From assembly GCA_963662655.2 (NCBI GenBank), contig CAXXTU010000002.1:1536001-1600000 (forward strand): a stretch of DNA of 64,000 bases, in the 5' to 3' direction. Below are positions 59,534 through 64,000 of the stretch, in pieces; position 1 is the first letter of the stretch, and the number at the start of each line of letters is the position of its first letter. The notes beneath the pieces were generated by a model. It did no database searches, was not told the origin of the DNA, and worked only from the letters and a program-made list of their open reading frames with translations. A program made the translations under genes and the position numbers. This DNA is from Candidatus Cloacimonadales bacterium (GTDB taxonomy: Bacteria; Cloacimonadota; Cloacimonadia; Cloacimonadales; JAIOQZ01).

Positions 59534-60247
59534 CGCTTCCTCCATTAATTTCGTTACATATTTCATTTATTTGATAGTATAACATTTTTCTAGAAAATGC
59601 AATCGTTTTCTGCTCCGATATAGAAAATCAACCTGCGCTCAGAGCGATGAAAGGTATAAGCCTGATATAGTCCAAAGAAAATTGCTTATCGTTTTTCAGC
59701 TGAGGACAATCGAGGAAATGCCCAGGATTCACCTATCCAACCCTACATCATCATTGATGGTTATAGCTGCAAGTGCACCACAGAAAATCCTTGACAGACA
59801 AGCTATATGTCACTTGCTGAGTAAAATGCATGTGAAAGCATGTTGTTTACTGGGTGCATTAGAATATGTGCCTTGCCCTATTTGAAGGGACACCAGTCCT
59901 TTGAAAGGATAGCCTTGCTTAATGAAATATTCTCATTATTACGCTTCTAGTGATGAGGAGATAAAAAATTCAAGCGCCACACTCTTACACCCTTGATGAT
60001 GGTCTTGCATATAAGACAAATCCCAGCGCTACATTTAAAAGTTTGAAACAAGGCCGAGCAGAGGATGATTAGATTGAAAATTCTTTTGAAGCATTCTACA
60101 ATGAACAGATTGCACAAGTAATTGTTTGGCAACAAGGTATGCTTTCATTTTGAATACATTGCTCAAAACAATCATAACAACATTGAAAACAGTTGATTTC
60201 AGTATTGATGTGCTGGATGATCCCGTTTATTCAGGAGGACATGGAAA

Positions 60248-61804
60248 ATGAATTTCAGCAGCAAAGTTCTGTATTCTTCTATTATTCTGGCATGTATCTT
60301 ATTCACCATCGCCGTCGTTTATGCATCCTGGAATGGGACAACCAATCGTCATGATGACAATTGGTATGTAAAGAACATGGATCATTTTGTAAAAACTGGC
60401 AAAATGGACAGTAACCAGATTTTCCCAATTACAATAGTAAAGGACCGAACAGCCCCCCCACCTTTTATGCATAAGATTCCAACAACGATCATCGTTATAC
60501 CCTTTATCTTCGCTTTTGGAAAATGGTGGGGCTGGATTATAGCCCATATATTCTATTCCTTGTTAACGGGTTTTCTTATTAGTCGCATTGTACTGAAGCT
60601 TTCTGATTCTCAATACAGGAATTACCTTTCCGCAGCAACCTTCATTCTCTATATTATTTTCGTAAACACAATCTACGTCACCTCCCATGCACTAAGCGAG
60701 GTATCAATAACGGCTTGCTTAGTCGTATTCCTCTATCTTTTTTTGTTCTCGAAACGCTCTGTCGTTACCGTTGTTTTGTTTGGTTTGTTGGCAGCGCTAT
60801 GCACGAACAGTCGTTCGAATTTACTCGTTCTGAGTTTCCTGATAGGTTTTACGTTCCTATTTGACCCTGAATACTCCTGGAAACGTAGATTAGCCATATT
60901 TGCTATTTATTTTGTAAGCTACTACTTGTCTTCTAAAGCCATAAGCGCAAGTCTGGATAAGCTTCAAATAGGCATGCTTCCGATTATCTTCAGGCCCGGA
61001 CAAGGCGATAACATGTCTCATTATTTTGCGATAAACGGGGAAGCAAATACATTAATTGAAGTCCTGAAAAATTCTGTCACATATTTGCAGTATCAGTTCA
61101 TTGGAAAAAGTCTTCAGCACTTCCTATTCTTGTTCTTCCCAAATCTGTTTATCATCTGGGCAATAACTCAAATCCCCAGACATGAACAAGCAATTGTTAC
61201 GAGGCTGAAACATTTTGTAATACTAATGATCATTGGCCACCTTGCACTTATCTTTGTATTCCAGATACAATATCGCTACATCCAGATCATTTATCCGGCA
61301 ATTCTCGCATTCTTTATGGTAACCTTCCCGTTTGGCAAGTTCAAGAAGTATGCATCAATTGCATTAGTTTTATATGTCCTCATCAATATTGGCGCAGGCG
61401 GCCTTTATGCAAGGAAAAACAATCAAGAAGCCTTGGAATCAGCAAAAATAAATTCAGAATATTCGCAATTGCTGGAGAAGATGGATGATGACTTAAATCT
61501 GATCACGAATTGTTCGCCGTTAGTTCTTGCAAATACCTGTACTGACAGAAATATCATCCTGTTCAGGGACCAATATAACAGACAGAATATCGTGGATTGG
61601 GTTGACAGATTCAATTGCGGATGGGGCCTAATAAGAAGTTCAGATGCATTCGATGCTTTGAAGGAGACTTACCAAGTCATCCTTATAGATGAACAGCAAA
61701 TTGATAGTCGTACTGTATACCTTTATCAGTTTATCAAGAAGCAAACGCCATCTATCGACGATGCAAACGCATACGAAGTCGATGCCTCTTCTGTTGGCCA
61801 ATGA
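60248..61804 (+). CDS. Polytopic membrane protein, possibly GT-C fold glycosyltransferase (AT-rich gene)
   Basis: About 10-12 TM segments, DD.WY after TM1, LSE and RY motifs reminiscent of ArnT/PMT-like enzymes. Confidence 0.6.
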   Translation: MNFSSKVLYSSIILACILFTIAVVYASWNGTTNRHDDNWYVKNMDHFVKTGKMDSNQIFPITIVKDRTAPPPFMHKIPTTIIVIPFIFAFGKWWGWIIAHIFYSLLTGFLISRIVLKLSDSQYRNYLSAATFILYIIFVNTIYVTSHALSEVSITACLVVFLYLFLFSKRSVVTVVLFGLLAALCTNSRSNLLVLSFLIGFTFLFDPEYSWKRRLAIFAIYFVSYYLSSKAISASLDKLQIGMLPIIFRPGQGDNMSHYFAINGEANTLIEVLKNSVTYLQYQFIGKSLQHFLFLFFPNLFIIWAITQIPRHEQAIVTRLKHFVILMIIGHLALIFVFQIQYRYIQIIYPAILAFFMVTFPFGKFKKYASIALVLYVLINIGAGGLYARKNNQEALESAKINSEYSQLLEKMDDDLNLITNCSPLVLANTCTDRNIILFRDQYNRQNIVDWVDRFNCGWGLIRSSDAFDALKETYQVILIDEQQIDSRTVYLYQFIKKQTPSIDDANAYEVDASSVGQ

Positions 61805-61944
61805 GATGTATATGACGGCAAGTGATCATCTTCAATGACCCCGGGGCTTCCTGCAAGAAGTGCCGGGAATATTTTTCTGCTCCGCGCATTTTTTCTTGAC
61901 ACGAAAGCGAAGAAAATGTTTTTTGCAAATCACCGAACGCAAGG

Positions 61945-62020
61945 GGCGGGATAGCTCAGTTGGTAGAGCAGAGGCCTGAAAAGCCTTGTGTCCCCAGTTC
62001 AAGTCTGGGTCCTGCCACCA
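61945..62020 (+). tRNA. tRNA-Phe (GAA)
   Basis: 76 nt cloverleaf: GGCGGGA/TCCTGCC acceptor, GAGGC-CTGAAAA-GCCTT anticodon arm, GTTCAAG T loop, encoded CCA. Confidence 0.97.
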
Positions 62021-62026
62021 TAGATT

Positions 62027-62053
62027 AAAGGCGCTGTAACAGCGCCTTTTTTT
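62027..62053 (+). terminator. Intrinsic terminator after tRNA-Phe
   Basis: AAAGGCGCTG-TAA-CAGCGCCTTT then T run. Confidence 0.85.
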
Positions 62054-62101
62054 CTTGCTATTTTTCAGTGATTTACCAATCTATGTTTCGAGGTTAACAA
62101 A

Positions 62102-63646
62102 ATGGCACAATATCAGATAAAGAACGTATCACACCCGCTTACAGCAAATCCCGACTTCGTTCAGGCAGCCGCGGTAAAATTGAGATTGCCGGAAGAGCAG
62201 CTCAAGAATTGCAAGATTCTCCGCAGATCGCTGGACGCCCGAAAGAAAAACCAACTCCGCTGGATATTCACCCTTCTTGTCGAGTTCGATGGAACTCCAC
62301 GCCCCCATCCGGACATTGTCCCGTATGCACAAAAGCCGGTGGAAGAACTTGTAGAGAAAAAGCTTTCCGGCGAAAACCCTGTAATCATCGGTGCGGGGCC
62401 CTCCGGACTCTTTGCCGCGCTGGCAATGGTCAGAAAAGGCCTCAAGCCCTGGATATTCGATCGCGGAGACGCACTGCCGGAGCGCATCGAGAAAACGGAG
62501 ACCTTCTGGCGCACCGGGGAACTCGATCCGGAATCGAACGCCCAGTACGGCGAAGGCGGCGCGGGAACTTTCTCCGATGGGAAACTGACCGCTCGCTCCC
62601 GTGACGGATTCTCCGAGGATGTGTTCAACGCACTGATTCAATTCGGCGCACCGGAGGATATCAGCATCGATTCGCATCCGCATCTCGGCTCCGACGGCAT
62701 CCGCGAGGTTATCGGTCGGATGAGAAGTTGGATGGAAGAGCAAGGCTGCCGCTTCTTCTGGCGGCATCGACTGACGGATATCACCATCGAGAACAATCGC
62801 ATCACCCGCATAAAAGTCGGAGATATGGAAATCTCGCCGGAAGCCGTCGTCATCGCACCGGGAAATTCCGCAAGAGACACCTTCCGGCTCCTTTACGACA
62901 GGAACGTTCTTCTCGAGTCGAAGCCATTCGCTGTCGGTTTCCGCATCGAACACCCCCGCAATTTCATCGATCATGTCTTCTACGGCGAACGAACCGATTT
63001 CAGCCTGTCTGGCGCAGCGACCTATCGCATGACGGCCAAGGCGGGACCTTACGGAGTATACACTTTCTGCATGTGCCCGGGCGGAGACGTCATCGCCGCA
63101 GCCTCGGAGGAAGGATATCAGGTGACCAACGGAATGAGCAATTCCGCGCGGGACGCCTTCTTCTCCAACAGCGCCGTCGTGGTGACGGTCAACGAACAGA
63201 ACTTCGGTAAAAACGTGCTTGCAGGGATCGAGTTCCAGCGCAGGATCGAGAAGAAATGTTTCAACGACTCCATGCCCTATTTCGCACCATCGCAATCCGC
63301 CGGGGAGTTCTGCAATATGCGCAAGGCAAACCTTGCACGAGCCTCTTACCGGCCAGGAACCTTTGGCTTCGATCTGAAGACCATCTATCCGAAAGACCTT
63401 ACCCGGGCCCTGCAAACAGGCCTCAAGCACTTCGAGCAACTGGTTCCGGGATTCGTCACCCGAGGCGTCTTGATCGCGCCGGAGACCCGTACATCGTCCC
63501 CGGTTCGCATCCTGCGACGCAAGGACGACGGAGCATCCGTCTCCTGCGAAAACCTCTTCCCCATCGGTGAAGGCTCGGGATACGCCGGAGGCATCGTAAG
63601 TAGCGCTGCCGACGGTTATAAATTGGGAATCAGCTTCGGTATATAA
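62102..63646 (+). CDS. Uncharacterised FAD-dependent oxidoreductase
   Basis: IIGAGPSGLFAA, GEGGAGTFSDGKL, FCMCPGG, ETRTSSPVRI, GEGSGYAGGIVS. Confidence 0.88.
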   Translation: MAQYQIKNVSHPLTANPDFVQAAAVKLRLPEEQLKNCKILRRSLDARKKNQLRWIFTLLVEFDGTPRPHPDIVPYAQKPVEELVEKKLSGENPVIIGAGPSGLFAALAMVRKGLKPWIFDRGDALPERIEKTETFWRTGELDPESNAQYGEGGAGTFSDGKLTARSRDGFSEDVFNALIQFGAPEDISIDSHPHLGSDGIREVIGRMRSWMEEQGCRFFWRHRLTDITIENNRITRIKVGDMEISPEAVVIAPGNSARDTFRLLYDRNVLLESKPFAVGFRIEHPRNFIDHVFYGERTDFSLSGAATYRMTAKAGPYGVYTFCMCPGGDVIAAASEEGYQVTNGMSNSARDAFFSNSAVVVTVNEQNFGKNVLAGIEFQRRIEKKCFNDSMPYFAPSQSAGEFCNMRKANLARASYRPGTFGFDLKTIYPKDLTRALQTGLKHFEQLVPGFVTRGVLIAPETRTSSPVRILRRKDDGASVSCENLFPIGEGSGYAGGIVSSAADGYKLGISFGI

Positions 63647-63691
63647 GATATTGCTCAATCGAAAACGATGATCAGACGCAAGGAGAAGCCC

Positions 63692-64000
63692 ATGCAGAGA
63701 GAGATCAAGGTTATGCAGAAAATCCTGAACACCAACGACACGATCGCGCAACAGCTTCGTGAGAATCTGAGAAAGCGGGGAATCACGTTCGTCAACATGA
63801 TCAGCGCACCCGGTTCCGGCAAGACGAGCCTCATCGAGGCGACCGCCGGCAAGACGGACAAAAGACTGTTCGTGATCGAAGGGGACATCCAGACAACTTT
63901 AGACGCTGAGCGGGTATCGGGCAAGGGAATCGGAACATACCAGATCAATACCGGTCTCTTTGGGGGTTCGTGCCATCTGGAGGCCGATTGGATTCGCGCA
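63692..64000 (+). CDS. hypB: Hydrogenase nickel incorporation GTPase HypB (3' end outside window)
   Basis: Read directly (absent from ORF track): AGGAG RBS, MQREIKVMQKILNTND...NMISAPGSGKTSLIE...VIEGD...DAER...QINTG...CHLEA. Confidence 0.9.
   Translation, partial: MQREIKVMQKILNTNDTIAQQLRENLRKRGITFVNMISAPGSGKTSLIEATAGKTDKRLFVIEGDIQTTLDAERVSGKGIGTYQINTGLFGGSCHLEADWIRA

Noticed and set aside
59860..59920. Possible riboswitch in the long gap
   Set aside because: Only two small hairpins; no conserved riboswitch core that I can recognise
61945..62020. tRNA-Phe as an integration site of a genomic island
   Set aside because: No integrase and no second copy of the tRNA 3' end seen; a terminator and a core-like gene follow directly

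Overview
Bacterial chromosomal window, about 55 genes, no integrase or transposase seen. Several secreted proteins with a C-terminal 'YPNPFNP...SGVY' FlgD-Ig/T9SS-type domain suggest an FCB-group anaerobe, possibly Cloacimonadota (inference only). Contents: a c-di-GMP cluster (cNMP-GGDEF, GAF/HD-GYP, TPR-GGDEF), lysC, a MoxR-DUF58-batABCDE operon, a PAS hybrid kinase with a frameshift in its receiver domain followed by a LolC/E-type permease, secreted M1/S8/S41 peptidases, glgP-galE, a stand-alone cheD-HDOD-cheY-cheX module, EF-G paralogue-yebC-ruvC-ruvA-rsmB-PASTA, a four-module GLUG protein, a TetR-FeS-hcp-cupin-ferredoxin block, two AT-rich genes, tRNA-Phe(GAA) and the start of hypB. The most striking unexplained signal is a family of six intergenic 118-167 nt hairpin elements (15749, 26938, 33321, 36423, 43120, 55657). 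Their layout is CAGATTCGTTCGATC-N15/16-TGTT...variable apex...TATAT-N15/16-GATCGGGCGAAGATG. They show compensatory stem changes, fixed arm lengths, copy-specific outer stems, and all have the same orientation whatever the direction of the flanking genes. They are candidates for an undescribed structured RNA or a single-stranded-DNA recombination/mobility site.
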